Shown one piece after another: positions 12,446 to 27,580 of a DNA stretch of 64,000 nucleotides (position 1 is the first letter of the stretch; every line of letters starts with the position of its first letter). The notes beneath the pieces are model-generated. The model was given only the letters and a program-made list of their open reading frames with translations. It ran no database searches and was not told where the DNA came from. The DNA comes from Eledone cirrhosa (Eukaryota), in assembly GCA_964016885.1 (NCBI GenBank), contig OZ024740.1, positions 290,098,001 through 290,162,000 of the forward strand. The letters run 5' to 3'. Both the position numbers and the translations under genes were made by a program.

Positions 12446-13832
12446 GACAGTTATTGAAATTAATACATGCAAGATTTCACAGCGCTAGCATCACTCCTTC
12501 ATAATCAGTCGATGAACTTTTCAGCAGATCCTTGTAAAACAGCCGACTTTGTTATATCCTTATCTAGGGCTCCATGTAATCATGTGACATATAACCACAA
12601 TATGTTTGCAGTTGATCTTTGTAATTAATTCGTCGATTCTCCCTCACTTCAAACGTTGGCATATGATTGATTTCCTTGAGGGTGGCAGATTGGCAGTATC
12701 GGTAGAGCGTCGGACACGATACTTTTCAGCATAGCGTTACTCCCCTTTATGATCTGAGTTCAAATCCCGCCGAGGTTAGCTTTGCCTTTTCCTTATGTGG
12801 TCGATAAAGTAAAACACCAGTAATGCACTGGGGTCGATTTAATCGACTATCCCCTCCCCCCAAATTGCTGGCCTTGTGCCTATAGTAGATATCATATGAT
12901 TGATTTCCTCAATGTGAGAGATGGTGCTGTAAAAGTGCAGATCACTGGACTGGCCAACGAATAATTGCTTTAAGCGCCGCTCATTAAGGTTGAAGGTCTC
13001 AATAAAAAGATATTAAATTGCAGATGCTTGAAAAATAAAAAAAGAAACAACTAAGTATCAAAACCATTTAGCTATTAATGGTGCCGGAACTTTGACTGAA
13101 CTCATGGAACAAGAGAATGCCTATATCAGTTGTACTTTATAAGCCAAAGCGCTGAGTTTGTTTGAGTTCTTTGAGTGTTGGATATTTGTTCTGGGTCTCT
13201 ACATTCTGAGATCATATCCGAAGTACTCTTTGCCATTCGTTTTTTCGAGGTCGGTAAAGAAAGTACCAGATCAGTCCATATGCATCCCTCGTTTCTTTCA
13301 GTTGTTAAATCCTGGATGTTTCGCTGAATAAAATAAGGGAGTGAAGGTCAAAAGGGTGTCCATTCTGCTCGCGATTTCATGGGCACATACAGCTCTTAGC
13401 GAAACATGATACACTACCAAGTTATACGCGATTGCGAGTGACGGCCGTCTACTGCTGCTCTATAAGCCAGCAGCCCAATCCATTAGTCATTAAAGCAGGA
13501 ACAACCAAGTGTAACTTAATAATTTATACATCACCCATAACTTGTTTAATAGCATGCACAATGTTAAACAGATAACTTTGAACAGATCTATATCTATCAG
13601 GGAGCATTGGAGGCGGTCCAGAGTAAAGAGCAAAAGACAATGAGGACCGAACAGAATGAATGGTTGAATAAAGGGGCATGAAATCTATTCCATTGTCGAT
13701 AAAAAGGATATGCATAATAATATTTAGAATGTTGTGAAAATTATTTATGGCCTGATAAATCGCTACAACGTTTCCGTGAAAACAGCGAGTAGCATAACAC
13801 CTCTGAAGAAACAAAATAGCATCTGGCTAGAT

Positions 13833-14125
13833 CAGTGGTTCTTAACCTTTTTTTTTGCCAGCGGCACACCTTGGAACACATGGAAAAATAGCGGCACATC
13901 TGGCTAAATATATATGAAAAATATTTGAATTTTACAAAATAAAAACATGGCAAGTCATAGACTGCATACAACCATAGACACAGACTGGTCATAGACATAG
14001 AATGACTCAAACTAAATATAGAAAAACACAGCTATGAACTTACTTTCGCATTTTCTTGGTGTGCCGTTCAAAATTTCGCGGCTAAATTAGGAAGTGTGCC
14101 GCGGCATACTGGTTGAGAATCTCTG
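13833..14125. mobile_element. hAT-Charlie-like MITE (duplicate)
   Basis: Copy of 7646-7938. Confidence 0.8.
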
Positions 14126-14339
14126 GGCTAGACCAACACTTCTTAAACTGTTAAACTGTCTGTAGTGTAGTGTAGAGTTTGCATGGAATACAGACATACA
14201 GATACAGTCACACACCCACACAAACACAGCCACACACACACACACATACACATGCATACATACTCTCCACACCATATGTATGTATGTATATAAGTATGTA
14301 TGTATGCATGTATGTATGTATGTAAATACATATGTATGC

Positions 14340-14372
<33 letters not shown>

Positions 14373-14385
14373 TGTATATATATAT

Positions 14386-14416
<31 letters not shown>

Positions 14417-14449
14417 CATACACACATACATATGTATATATATATACAC

Positions 14450-14486
<37 letters not shown>

Positions 14487-14533
14487 TTTACACACACACA
14501 TATATATATACATACACACACATATATATACAT

Positions 14534-14579
<46 letters not shown>

Positions 14580-15152
14580 ACATATATATATATTTATTGT
14601 GAGGGAGAGGGAGAGAAAGAAAACAACATTTACGCAAAATCTAAATCCTTTTATTAAATAAAACATACGTATATACATACTACCTGCACTACACACATAA
14701 ATATATGTAACATTTACATGTACACACATTAGTATTCACATACATAGATACACAAATAGGTATTCAGAATGAGGCACAAGGCCAGCAAATACCCAGTACA
14801 TTACTGGTACTTTATTTTATCGATCCCCGTAAGGATGAAAGGCAAAGTTAACCTCGGTGAGATTTGAACTCAGAATGGCAAGGGCCGTAACTCTATACGT
14901 CAAAGCATGGCGTCCGACCCTCTACCGATACTGCCAATCCACCGCACCTGATTCACGGCACAGATACACATTAATGAAACCAGTAAACATACACGTATCG
15001 ATAATACACATTGACCCATGCATATACATATACACATTCTCACACCAGAAAAGATATACAAGTAGACGCAGAAGCACAAAATACCTTCAATCTCGCATAC
15101 GAACATGCTTCCCCGCCCTCCTCTCTCTCGCACACACACACACAAACACACA

Positions 15153-15203
<51 letters not shown>

Positions 15204-15291
15204 TCTCTCTCCACACACACACACACACATACATAGAAACACATACACACAGCACACGAATACATATATACATACATCTATACAAAGCACA

Positions 15292-15357
<66 letters not shown>

Positions 15358-15555
15358 CATACTCACATACATATACTGTACATAGACTTACATAAAAACA
15401 CACACCCATATACAACAACACGTCTGAAATGACACCCCATATAACTTATATTCTCGGACACTCAGATATACAGATTTACCAGAACCTACTGAAACACACT
15501 CTCAATACAAACATACATAGACATCTACACACATACAGACTCACTTACAGACACA

Positions 15556-15670
<115 letters not shown>

Positions 15671-17003
15671 TCACTGAAACACACATACAGAGTACTGTGT
15701 TGGATCTCAGCCGTTTCCTACAACGTATGTTCCAGTTGTTTGATCAATGACACAGCCTGAGCATTCCGCAAACACTTATACCCATAATATAATTCTCAGG
15801 AAGATTTAGCATGACAAAATGTATGTCGAGCCTAAAGTCTAAAGTTTGTCTGTCTAAAGCCAGAATGCTCGTTAGACCAGTGCTTATCTCGGTACCATGG
15901 CGTGAAGTGACTAAGAGTACAAGACTCCCCCTGGACAGGACGCTAGTATCTTGCTGGTACTCATTCCCAGCTGAGTATACAGGAGCAAATGGAAATGAAG
16001 TGTTTTGCTCAAAAGTTCAACACGCAACCCAGCCCAGGAATTGAACGCATAACATTATGATCGTAAGTCCAACACCCTTACCACTAGGCCACGCACCTCC
16101 ACATGTCGAGTCTGGCCCTTTGGATTACAGCACCACTCATTTTTAACAACTGAGTCGGCTGGAGAAACTCAAAATAATATGTTTTGCTCAATGTTACAAC
16201 TCGCTGCCGGGAATTGAACTCGCGCCGTTACGATGTGGAGTAGAACACACGAGCCATTAAGCTACGCGCCTTCACAGTACATTCAAAGGGACGCCTTCAC
16301 AAGCCTCATTTACAACAGATAACACAACTGTATATTTTCAAGGACAGAGCTGAGGGTGATATTTATAGGGACTGAATAATATCTCACTACATAGGTGGAT
16401 GATTACATTGTGAACTTTTAATTAAAAAGAATTCGTGTACTAAGTTAATACAATGCCAATGTATTCTGTCAAAATTTACACTCTGTATCTATCGACCCAG
16501 CCAACATCTATACAGTTAACTACTTATATTAGTAGATAACAATAAATAATAATTTAATACGTCGGTAATAATGACCCTGGAGACAGGAAAGGAACTGGCT
16601 ACACATTTATCACTTATTACTCATTGGTCAGAGATACCGAGATACCTGAAGGAACTGAACTACACATTTATCAATTATTACTTATAACTGTCTCCAATGC
16701 CCGCAATGCGTAGGAGAGGAAGATAGGTCAATACTGGGGCCTGGCCGATCGCTTCCTCTTTAGACCAGTCTCTCTCGATACGTTAGTGACTACATTTATT
16801 GCTATTTTGTGAAAGACAGAAAAAAAAGGAGAGACACAATATAACAAAATAACAAAAGTAATGATTGAGGAGATTACAGAATGTGTGACGAAAGAGATTT
16901 GATGACAATCAACTACTAATTAACTTTCCCGTTATTAAACTAACTGACTGGAAAATTATAGTAATAATGTGAAGTGAAATCCAACAGGTGCAATTATATT
17001 TTA

Positions 17004-17545
17004 CTAGCAGAAAAACCACCCTTCGGGTGGTTTTCTGCTAGCATGTGTAGCGTGTATATTGATATTATACGGAAGTATATATACATGTAGATATGATACA
17101 TCAAATAAAATAGTAATTGACAATATAAACAGAAATTTAACGAAGACTTTGTTACACTGTCTTATGGAATCAGTAACGTAATCCATGATACATTAAAAAA
17201 AGATGATATTATATATAAACTGCATTAGGAGAAAATTAGTGACAGAAAAATAGTATGTTTATTTAAGTGATCGCCACCGGAAGTATTGACATCACACACT
17301 CTCTCTTTCTATATATATGGTAGTTGAAGTTTGGTGGCAACGATATACCGGAAGTGCAACTTTGAAAAGAAGTCAATTTTAAATTATTTATTTTTACGAA
17401 ATTATTTTTGTTTACGAAATTTAGTAGATAAATTATGTAATATTCATTCATTATTTATTCAAAGTAATCCAACTTATTTTACTAACGGGATAAACAAAAC
17501 AAAACCGTACGCCGTCCCGCAGACCTTCCTTTATTATAGTTTAGA
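17004..17545 (-). mobile_element. Non-autonomous Helitron/Helentron-like element (duplicate)
   Basis: Copy of 10808-11349. Confidence 0.75.
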
Positions 17546-17657
17546 TGGGCAGCATGACCTTCCTAAAGTATAACAATATCGTTTCAACTCACATTTTCAG
17601 ATAAAAAAATCTTCCAAAACAAATATAAAACAGATATATATATACACATATATATAT

Positions 17658-17714
<57 letters not shown>

Positions 17715-18035
17715 TATATATATGCATACATACAAATGGTCTAGACCGGAATAATTTAATTTATTTTCTTCGACTTTTCAACATAAGCCTTGGGTTCTCT
17801 GGGAAACACAAGCTGCTACTTTGAGTGCTTGTGATAGATACCTCCCTTTTCACTTACATTATTTAAGGTGTTTGTCTATTTATAGATATTTTCGTGATTA
17901 CCAAACCTTAGAACTCTCCTATCATTTCTAAAATCTTCAAGGCGGGAAGCCATTTTAAATTTTTGACAGGATGAATGTGTAGGGGTTAAACAACTCAAAC
18001 GAAACTTAAGTAGCTGTACATGTCACTGTTGTAAC

Positions 18036-18096
<61 letters not shown>

Positions 18097-18112
18097 ATAC
18101 TAGGCCCGTCAA

Positions 18113-18170
<58 letters not shown>

Positions 18171-18421
18171 TATAATAAGTTGACGGGACTGGCATAGGTT
18201 TCACTGCTAGTATATACATATATTTATATACATATATACATATATGTATGTATATATTATCATTTAAGTAATTTTTGTCTGGTAGTATAGGTAGATTATG
18301 CTGTGCTGATGAGTTCTAATAATACAGAAACCTATTCGTAATTTTCATGATTCACGCAAGAACCAATTTAATTTCTAATGCATTACACATATTATATCTT
18401 CAGTTAATTTGAATTAATAAT

Positions 18422-18586
18422 TGTTTCTACTTTAGGCACAAGGCCAGCAATTACCAGTGCATTACTGGTACTTTATTTTATCGACCCCGTAAGGATGAAA
18501 GGCAAAGTCAACCTCGGCGGGATTTGAACTCAGATGGTAAAGGGACGTAACTATGCTGGAAAGCATGGCGTCCGACCCTCTACCGA
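18422..18586 (-). mobile_element. 5'-truncated SINE with 13-bp TSD
   Basis: TSD TTGAATTAATAAT at 18409 and 18587. Confidence 0.9.
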
Positions 18587-19363
18587 TTGAATTAATAATA
18601 TTCTTGGGTTTCTTTCCTTGACTTTCTTGGCTGGAAGTGATCATTAAGCTAATGATTCATCTTCTTACCCCAGGAGGAATTTTAATTAATGTAAATTTAT
18701 TGGCTTACTACATTATGAGTGTTAGTATCGATTTTACTACCAGCATCTTGTGCGTGTTTAACCAATATATATACACGATGTCTCTCTAGTGACTTGTTCA
18801 ACATCAACGTGTTAGTATTTAAAAAAAAAATTATTATCCGTCAATGTTTTGAATCAACGAAAGGCCATTAAGGTCAATTAAGAAGCTGCCTAGAGTGCAG
18901 ACGTCAGAGAGGTGGATTGCTAAACCTTCAAGGGACACCATTTTATATAAATATTTATAATTGAATAAATTAAATACACATTATTTTCTATGGTCAAAAG
19001 ATAAATCGCTAGACATCTTTGCCGCATTATAGAAATATCCAAAGCGATGGAGAGGGTCATAAATTGTTATGACCTGTCACATGATCTGGTTTGGCTGAAT
19101 GTAAGCTGTATAACGGAGAATGTAGGCTTACTAATTTTATTAGTTAGGCCAGAGCAGGAAGCACAAAAAAGTTGTTTTACCAGCTTAGTAAACTGTAAGT
19201 TGAAATCATTTTATTTGGGGAAAGTGGAGCTAAATACCCCGGCATCGGCCTTGTCTATATATTTTATTAATCTACTAGAAATAATAGCCGATATCCCACA
19301 AATTACATCTTACCGTCATAAAGGAGAAGGGACGCATTGGATAATATAGTACTATATATACTA

Positions 19364-20642
19364 CTAGCATTAAAGCCCGGCGTTGCTCGGGGTCAGTAAG
19401 TTACCAAAGTTAGCTTGCACCACCCATTTTATGGCACCACTTTTTTGTCTGCCAGGCACTGGGTGAATGAATTGCAGACCTGGACTGCCGGAAGCAGGAG
19501 CTACGCCAGCAGTGACAATTGTAGTTTTGCGTTTGGATATTATCTCTGTGCAAAGAAGTGTTGAAATTTATTGTTTCACAGTACTTGCGCAACACGCGCG
19601 TAGAGGATGCCAGCCGAACAACAGAGCTGCGATGGAGTTGTTCTGCATGGTTGTCTAATGTGTGTTTTCTAAATTTAAGACAGTAGGGAGGAGTGTGATA
19701 TGGGGGAGAGTTAGCTGCTGTTTCAAGCAGGTTTAGTGACCCCATAGAGGATATGTGTTTTCTAAATTTAAGACAGTAGGGAGTGGTGTGATATGGGGAG
19801 AGTTAGCTGCTGTTTCTAGCAGGTTTAATGACCTCATAGAGAATATGTTTTCTAAATTTATGACAGTAGGGGGTGGTGTGATAGGGGGGGGGAGAGTTAG
19901 CTGCTGTTTCTAGCAGTTTTAGTGACCTCATAGAGGATATGGTTTCTAAATTTAAGACAGTAGAGAGTGGTGTGATATGGGGGAGAGTTAGATGCTGTTT
20001 CTAGCAGGTTTAGTGACCTCATAGAGGATATGTTTTCTAAATTTAAGACAGTAGGGAGGGGTGTGATATGAGGGAGAGTTAGCTGCTGTTTCTAGCAGGT
20101 TTAGTGACCTCATAGAGTATATTATTGTGTATAGTAAATAAACTGATACTTCTTTCTTCCACGTTCGTTGAGAGGTTTTAAAAAAGATTTATCGCTATTT
20201 TTTTTTGTTGTTGAATAAATTTATCTGTTGCTTTTGAATAATTGTTGTTTCGTATGAAATGTAATAAGTTCTCTTCGTCATTGAAGTAAATAAATGTTTG
20301 ACCGTGCCACACTCAAAAACAAACGTTCTCTCTCTCTCTCCCTCTCACTCTCTCTTCGGCGTTCCTAAAGGAAGTTTGTAAGCATGTATGCAGTTTTATC
20401 GAATTTTAAGTGGAGTAGAGAGATATAATCAGATTCTATTAGAGGGGTAAAGCGTCATGTATTTAGTTTTATCGATTATTTCCATAAATGTGGGTGAGTT
20501 TGAACGAAATAAATAGTCGTTAACCTAAGTTAGACCATTTACAACATTCTTACACACTTTGAGTCGAATCGGTTTGAAATTGTGCAAATGTATAAACATG
20601 GAACATGCACACACACTCAACAACAATCTGCTTTTTATAGAT
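19364..20642 (-). mobile_element. Non-autonomous Helitron with internal ~92-bp minisatellite
   Basis: 3' end CCCGAGCAACGCCGGGCTTTAATGCTAG on minus, shared with 24351-25242; 5' TCTATAAAAAG; five ~92-bp units at 19666-20118. Confidence 0.75.
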
Positions 20643-20644
20643 AG

Positions 20645-21019
20645 TTGTTTCTACTTTAGGCACAAGGCCAGCAATTACCCAGTGCATTACTGGTACTTTA
20701 TTTTATCGACCCCGTATGGATGAAAGGCAAAGTCAACCTCGGCGTGATTTGAACTCAGATCGTAAAGGGACGTAACTATGCTGGAAAGCATGGCGTCCGA
20801 CCCTCTACCGATACTGCCAATCCACTGCCTTTTTATAGATAATTATTTCTACTATTGGCACAAGGCCAGTAATTACCCAGTACATTACTGGTACTTTATT
20901 TTATCGACCCCGTAAGGATGAAAGGCAAAGTTAACCTCGGCGGGATTTGAACTCAGAATGGAAAGGGCCGTAACTCTATGCGTCAAAGCATGGCGTCCGA
21001 CCCTCTACCGATACTGCCC
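20645..21019 (-). mobile_element. Two SINEs in tandem with triplicated target sequence
   Basis: SINEs 20645-20829 and 20843-21019; TTTTATAGATA occurs before, between and after them. Confidence 0.9.
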
Positions 21020-21107
21020 TTTTATAGATAATGATACTTGAAAAGAAAAAAAAAACACGGAATTACTACGGATTAAATGATTTTTGTAATAGATCTGCTC
21101 AACCAGG

Positions 21108-22460
21108 ATCTTCTTTTACTTCTCCTGCGCCCATTTTTCCTGGGAGAGTTGTGGGGCAGAGTCCTCAAACACACCTTCCAAGGGTCATGTCAAATGCAAC
21201 CGTTTCCAACTGATCTGGCTGGATTCCCAAGTGAGACCAGCCAAAGTCCTGGATGCTATCCAACTATTTTGCTTGAAGACTACCCTGTGTCTGTTGCCTG
21301 TTGGTTTTGACCGTAAAATCTGTCCAGTGATACTTTCCTGAGACATTCTAACCCCATAACCATAGTATCGTAGCTGGAATCTTAAAAGACGTTATTCTAA
21401 AGACCGTTCGGAGGAACCCAAATTTGACCGCTTGTAATTGCGATCGTATTCTTTCAATTATTACCTAAGATTCATGACCATGGGTAAGGGTTCATATGAT
21501 TACCGAATTAATTGGCTTTTACACCTACCTCCCTTCTGATAACCGAATGATGAAGCTGGCCCATTACTGCATCAGCTCCTGCAATTTTTACACTTAATTC
21601 AGCCTTCTGCTTTCCATTCCTCGTGAACATGGCCACTTGTTTCAGAGGTACTCCATTAACATGTAGATTGCACTGCACAGGTTTCCTTTAGAGGACGAAT
21701 GTCTCAGTTTTTGCAGCACTGATTTTCATTCTAGCCATGCAACACTCGACATCAAACCTATCAAGTGCAAGCTGGATCCCCTGTTAAGTTAAGTAATACC
21801 ATGTCGTCTGCAAATTCCAGCCAGTCAAGATACCACTTCCAATCCGGCTGCGCATTCTAAATCTGTTCATGAAAATAATGAACTGGAGAGGTGACAGTAC
21901 GCATCCTTGGCGGAGTCCGACTCCTACATTGAATTATTTCGATTTAGAACCATTTATCCGAGCACAAATACTTGGGCATTCGTATATAGTCGTCAGGGCA
22001 ACAAGAAGCTGACCATCGATCCCATACTCCTGCAGAATCTTCCACAGCGGGCCCCGTGGCTCGTAGTCATATGCCTTTTTGAGGTCTACAAAGCAAGAAG
22101 ACACCTCTTGATAGTACTCCCACGATTTCTCGAAGACCTGCCGCAATGTGAATATTTGGTCGGCTGTGCGGCGTCTGGGACGAAAACCACACTGTTCATC
22201 AGCTAGCTTGGACTTGACAATTTCCCTATATCTCTTTGCCAGATACTTAGCATAGAATTTACCGGGGAGGCTTACCAATGAGATCCGTCTATAATTGGGC
22301 AATATTTCTTGTTTCCTCTTTTGAAAATTGAGTCTGCAAGAGAATACCTTCTCTATTTAAGGCTTTTATAATCTCGGGTGAATTTCATCCTCCCCAGCGG
22401 TTTCGTCACATTTGAGCTCTTTCATTGCTCTTTTGATCTCAGCTTCTGAGAGACCTACCT
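21108..22460 (-). pseudogene. Decayed RTE-type LINE (RT fragment and 3' end)
   Basis: ORF 21934-22302 has RT motifs NYRRISLVSLPGK, QCGFRPRR, FVDLKKAYD; the 3' part is homologous to 52884-53115. Confidence 0.85.
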
Positions 22461-23816
22461 GAGAAAAAAGTTTTTACCCATTCAATAATCAGTTATATAT
22501 GGAATTTATTTGTAAAGCCAACATCTATGCTATTCCCCAGTCAGCAATTGTCTGGAATCATTTTGTCTGCAAAGATGCAAGCAACACTTCCAGACTTAAG
22601 AGATGTAAAAAACTATATCGAAATGATGCTATTGAGTAATCAATAAACCTATTTGTGGTAAAAAAAAAACTACAATCTTTAGTAACATTAAAAAATAACA
22701 CCAAATTTGTAAATTTGTAAATTTACATAAAATGCTCCTTTTAAAGACCGTCATAAAAAAAAAGATGATAGTTTTTTTAACTAAAATCCTTCTTGATGGT
22801 CTCATTAGACTTATTAGCGCATTCTCAATAATGAAGCACTTCATTCCATTCCTAAGAACTTTTTATTCTCTTTGTAAATAGTATATCATACTTTTTTCTT
22901 TTATACACCTTTTTTATATTTTAAATTTATACACGGCTAGTGAAAAAATGAAAAAAATGATATTTCCTGTTCTTAATGAATCAACATTTACGTCCTGCCT
23001 CTATAAAGTCAACATCTCATTTAGTTCATTCATCACTATTGGTAAGCCTGTTGATAATGAAAAGTTGCTGATAAAAGTTGGTCTGGTAATCTCATGCTAA
23101 TTTTTTTTATGAGATTGGCCGCAGTTCTGGTTGTTGGAAATATGAAAATAAAATTTGTCACTGTACTATATGGCGGTATCTGTGTTGTCGGCAAAAGTTC
23201 TATTTTAATTAATGATTTCACAGCTGGTCTGCTATTCATTGATTTCTATGGCTCTGTTACCAATACCATAACCACTACCAGAATCATACCTTATACGCAA
23301 AGGTATCAGTTATGCACCAACTGAGTATTTACCTGTGTTCTCAGCCATTTTTCCTGCATCCCTTCATGGATTGCCATTTCTGGGCTATGTCGACTGATAC
23401 TGTCCCTCTGGAACGGTTGCATGCACGACACCTACTACCAGTAAATCCAGTTGATAAACTCCTCTACTATAGCTTTTCTCTCGATTGAACCGAGATGACC
23501 GTTAATATAGCTGTGTGGACTAAGTCATTTATTTATCTAAATAGTTATGAAGTAGGTACACCTGTTGACAAAGCAGGTGCTCTAGCCTACTTGTGCGAAA
23601 GGTGATGCCGTAGTCACATATATTAACGTCCGCCTATCTGGTTGGCATTAGACGGTGGGTCTTGGCCACATAAAACTGGTAATTTGTGGATCTACGTTCG
23701 AATCGCTGGGGTGTCACAAGAACTATTACCTACACAGTTGACATCTACACGTCAACTGTGTCTGTACAGTCAACATTTATGCACCATACATAGCAAATAT
23801 AATATAATATAATCTA

Positions 23817-24260
23817 CAGGGTGATTGAAAAGTAATTCCCTGTTTTAACATTCTTATAATCTATTTCTTAACTATAATGTTTACAAGAAATGAATATGAG
23901 AAGAAGGAATATTGCATATAGGAACTCTTGCATATAGGAACTCTTGCATATAGGAACTCTTGTGGGAAGGAAGATATAACTTCTCGTATTCGCCCTTCAA
24001 TCTTCCAATGTCGTTGGTTTGGTAGAGTAGACTTGCTCCTTTAACTAACGAAAAAAGTCGCAGTTGTTAAGTCACGGCTTCTCACTGGCCACTCATGCGG
24101 ACCATGACGACTCATCGATCTCCCACGGAAGTGGGCATTCAGCCATTCACGAACAACAATAGCAAAATCAAATCTTCAATATTTTCCCAAGTATTGGCCA
24201 AATTTCATCTTGCAGCATGGTGAGGTACCTTTCGGCATTCAATAGGGAGTTATTATGATA
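23817..24260 (-). pseudogene. Tc1/mariner transposon remnant
   Basis: TA|CAGGGTG terminus; minus-strand translations LNAERYLTMLQDEIWP and EWPVRSRDLT resemble the WPxRSPDL transposase motif. Confidence 0.7.
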
Positions 24261-24350
24261 CAATAGTGGTAAGAAAAACTTTCAGAGGAGCTGGACAGCA
24301 GTAGGTCTTTAGAGAAAGAACTCCATTCAAACAAATGTTTGAGCCTTTAA

Positions 24351-25242
24351 TCTATATATATAAAACTGTGGTTGTCTGTCTGTCTATCGATTTTTGGCAC
24401 ACATCTCCTCTTAGAATCTCTCACGGAATTGCACCGAAATTGCTAGACTTGTACATTGAGCCCTAGCGAAGACATCGGAAAAAAAAATTTCAAATTGACC
24501 CACCCTATGTGACGAAATCGAATATAATGTATCGATTTTTGAGCGTAAGTGATCAGTTATTTCCCTTTGTTCTGTTTACATTGAGCGTCTGCGTGCAAAA
24601 ATTAAAAAAATTACGCTGGCTTTCTCAGCGTTTAAAATGACATTAACACAATACACGATTTAAAGACTACGTAAAACAAGCCTTTTAAAACAATATTTTT
24701 ACTTGAAAACAAGTCTATTTAAAAACTACTTAAAACAAGCAAATATTTCGTAAAAAAAAGCAAAAATTATATAAGTTTATATAAAATATATGTATCTGTA
24801 AATTTCGTTAGGCGTGCAGACAGACAGTCGTGCAGAGAGGTGATATAGGCGTGCAGACAGATAGTCGTGCAGAGAGGTGATATAGGCGTGCAGACAGACA
24901 GTCGTGCAGAGAGGTGATATAGGCGTGCAGACAGACATAACTGATAATTTGGTTACGCTAATGTTTTTCTCTGCGTTGCAGTGTTTACATTTTCGATCTT
25001 TGTTAATAAATAACCAGTGCAGTTTCTATCCCCAGCATCCTCTTTTGTTATAACATTCGGGTTATCGTTATGTTTTCTTAACTTCATAAGGCATATTGTT
25101 GGTTGAGGGAATATTAATCAAAAACACCACATGCAAGTCTGCACAGTAGACACTACAGTTTTTAAGCCAAGAAAGAAACTTAACATTGTAACTTTAACAC
25201 AGCTACTGAGCGACCCCGAGCAACGCCGGGCTTTACTGCTAG
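24351..25242 (+). mobile_element. Non-autonomous Helitron
   Basis: A|TCTATATATATAAAAC start, CCCGAGCAACGCCGGG hairpin, CTAG|T end; internal 37-bp tandem repeat 24810-24937; followed by (AATAT)n. Confidence 0.85.
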
Positions 25243-26896
25243 TATAATATAATATAATATAATATAATATAATAAAATATAATATAATATAATATAATAT
25301 AATATAATATAATATAATAAAATATAATATAATATAATATAATATAATATAATATAATATAATATAATATAATACAATATAATATAATATACATCTAAGT
25401 GCGCATGTGATGTTAGCCATTAAAAGATTAAATGTTAATCTAATATCATTTATAGGAACATCTTACCAGTTAGTACCTACAGTTGGGAAACCTTACACGG
25501 TCGCTTGGCCAGCTATAAATATTGGTCGCATCTGCTATGCTGTCATGAAAAAAGGACACATTGGATAATGTTGTCCTAGATATACAAAAGGGTTGGAAGA
25601 TCTACACGATTATGGCTAGCCTGGGGCTAAACAACAGCAACGTAACGTCTCTACTTAATCAGTATCTGAATGATAAATGGCAATGACATTTATCATTACA
25701 CAAGCAAAAGATACGAATAAACAAGGGAATCTTTCTGTACAGTCGCTCAACCTGTTAAAGATAAAAGCCGAATATCTGTCAAATTCCATTTTTTATCTTA
25801 AAAAGAGGAAGAAGCATATTAGTTAATGTAATTCCATATATATGAAAAGACAAAAAAAAGAAATGAAGATGGAAACGGCTTTGATCATAAGTCTGTTCAG
25901 TTAGAGCTGCCCTAGGGTTAGTTAAACAATATTTAATGTGTATATCAGACAAGTTGGTTTCTTTAGACTACTATACTTTTTTACCTTTTTCATATCAAAA
26001 GTTATTTTTATTATCTAAACTATAATTTTGGTCGTCATGCTACATAATGTAAAATGAAAATATATGAAAAAAGCAAAAACACAAAAAACGTATGAACGAA
26101 TACTAAAATGATTAAAACTGAGCCATCTGACATATTTATATCTTCGAGACGAACTGACTAACTGAAGGAAAGACAGTAAAGTAGTATTTGTAGCAATAAA
26201 TTTTCTGAGCTTAGCACATTAACTTTGAGTCGATTGGATAACATGTTTTAAAACTTCTTAATGCGCTTTGCGACAGACACCATACTTTTTCTCTCGGTTC
26301 ATTTATATATAATAATTGTTTCTACGTTAGGCACAAGGCCAGCAATTACCCAGTGCATTATGATCGCTTGCGCAGTAGTAAATTGCCGAAGGCCGAGCCA
26401 ATACATAAAACAATGGAGGAATATCATATGACAGCATCACATCTTTTCTATGTTTTTTTTTTTTTTGTTATCTCTTGTTTTATCTTTTGTTTATTTTCGT
26501 TTAGTTTTATTCTATATTTTGTGTGTTTGTCAAGTCTTTCTTCTCTCTCTCTCTCACTCACTCTCCCCCTCTCTCTCTCTCACTCCTCTCTCTCTCTCGA
26601 TTCCTCTCTCTCACTTCTCAGTTGGGAAATCTGTTGATAATTGCTAAATGCAGCAGGAAAAAGTAAGAACAAAAAGCAATATGAAGATAAATCAATAAAC
26701 AGCATATATAAATGTATTTGTAAGTAAGTATGAACATACATACATACATATTCATTTACATATTACATAGAGGAAATATATATATATATATATATAAATA
26801 GATAAATAAATAATTAGATATATATATACAAAGCTAGTTACACAACAATACCACGAACAATAACACACTCTCCCTTTCTCTCTCACACCTACTCTC

Positions 26897-26958
<62 letters not shown>

Positions 26959-27269
26959 TCATATGGTTTGGAACAAAAAGGATAATACAACAAAATAAAC
27001 CACAGCTGGAGGTAACAGTTTACTACTATCATAGCGTCCTAAATGAGAATAATGCAGAAGTATTATTGACTATATATATAAATAATTCACCTAAACAATT
27101 TGGTCTTTCTTATCTAACTTTCAGTTAACCATTTCACATTTTATTTTTTTGTCTTGTTTTATCAACTCTAACCCACTCTCATCGCCAATTCAAATTTATA
27201 GCCGCAATGCTGCGAAATATTATTGTACTTAGAGATTTTATATTTACACTTTCAGTCGCATTATTACTA

Positions 27270-27580
27270 AGTGAACTTAGGTTGACTTTGCCTTTCATCC
27301 TTACGGGGTCGATAAAATAAAGTACCAGTAATGCACTGGAAAATTGTTGGCCTTGTGCCTAAAGTAGAAACAATTATTACTAAGGGTGGTGGATTAGCAG
27401 TATCGGTAGAGCGTCAGACACCATAATTTGCGGCATAGAGTTATGGCCCTTTACAATCTGAGGTCAAATCCCGCCGAGGTTTACTTTGCCTTTCATCCTT
27501 ACGGGGGTCGATAAAATAAAGCACCCGTAATGCACTGGGGTAATTGCTGGCCTTGTGCCAAAAGTAGTAACAATTATTAC
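27270..27580 (+). mobile_element. Tandem SINE pair (truncated plus full)
   Basis: SINE consensus; ATTATTACTA appears three times around the copies. Confidence 0.85.

Noticed and set aside
19666-20118. Regularly spaced repeats resembling a CRISPR array
   Set aside because: Units are wholly repeated with no unique spacers; eukaryotic context, no cas genes.
23036-23500. Coding-like sequence with short ORFs on both strands
   Set aside because: No motif or splice structure I could identify.
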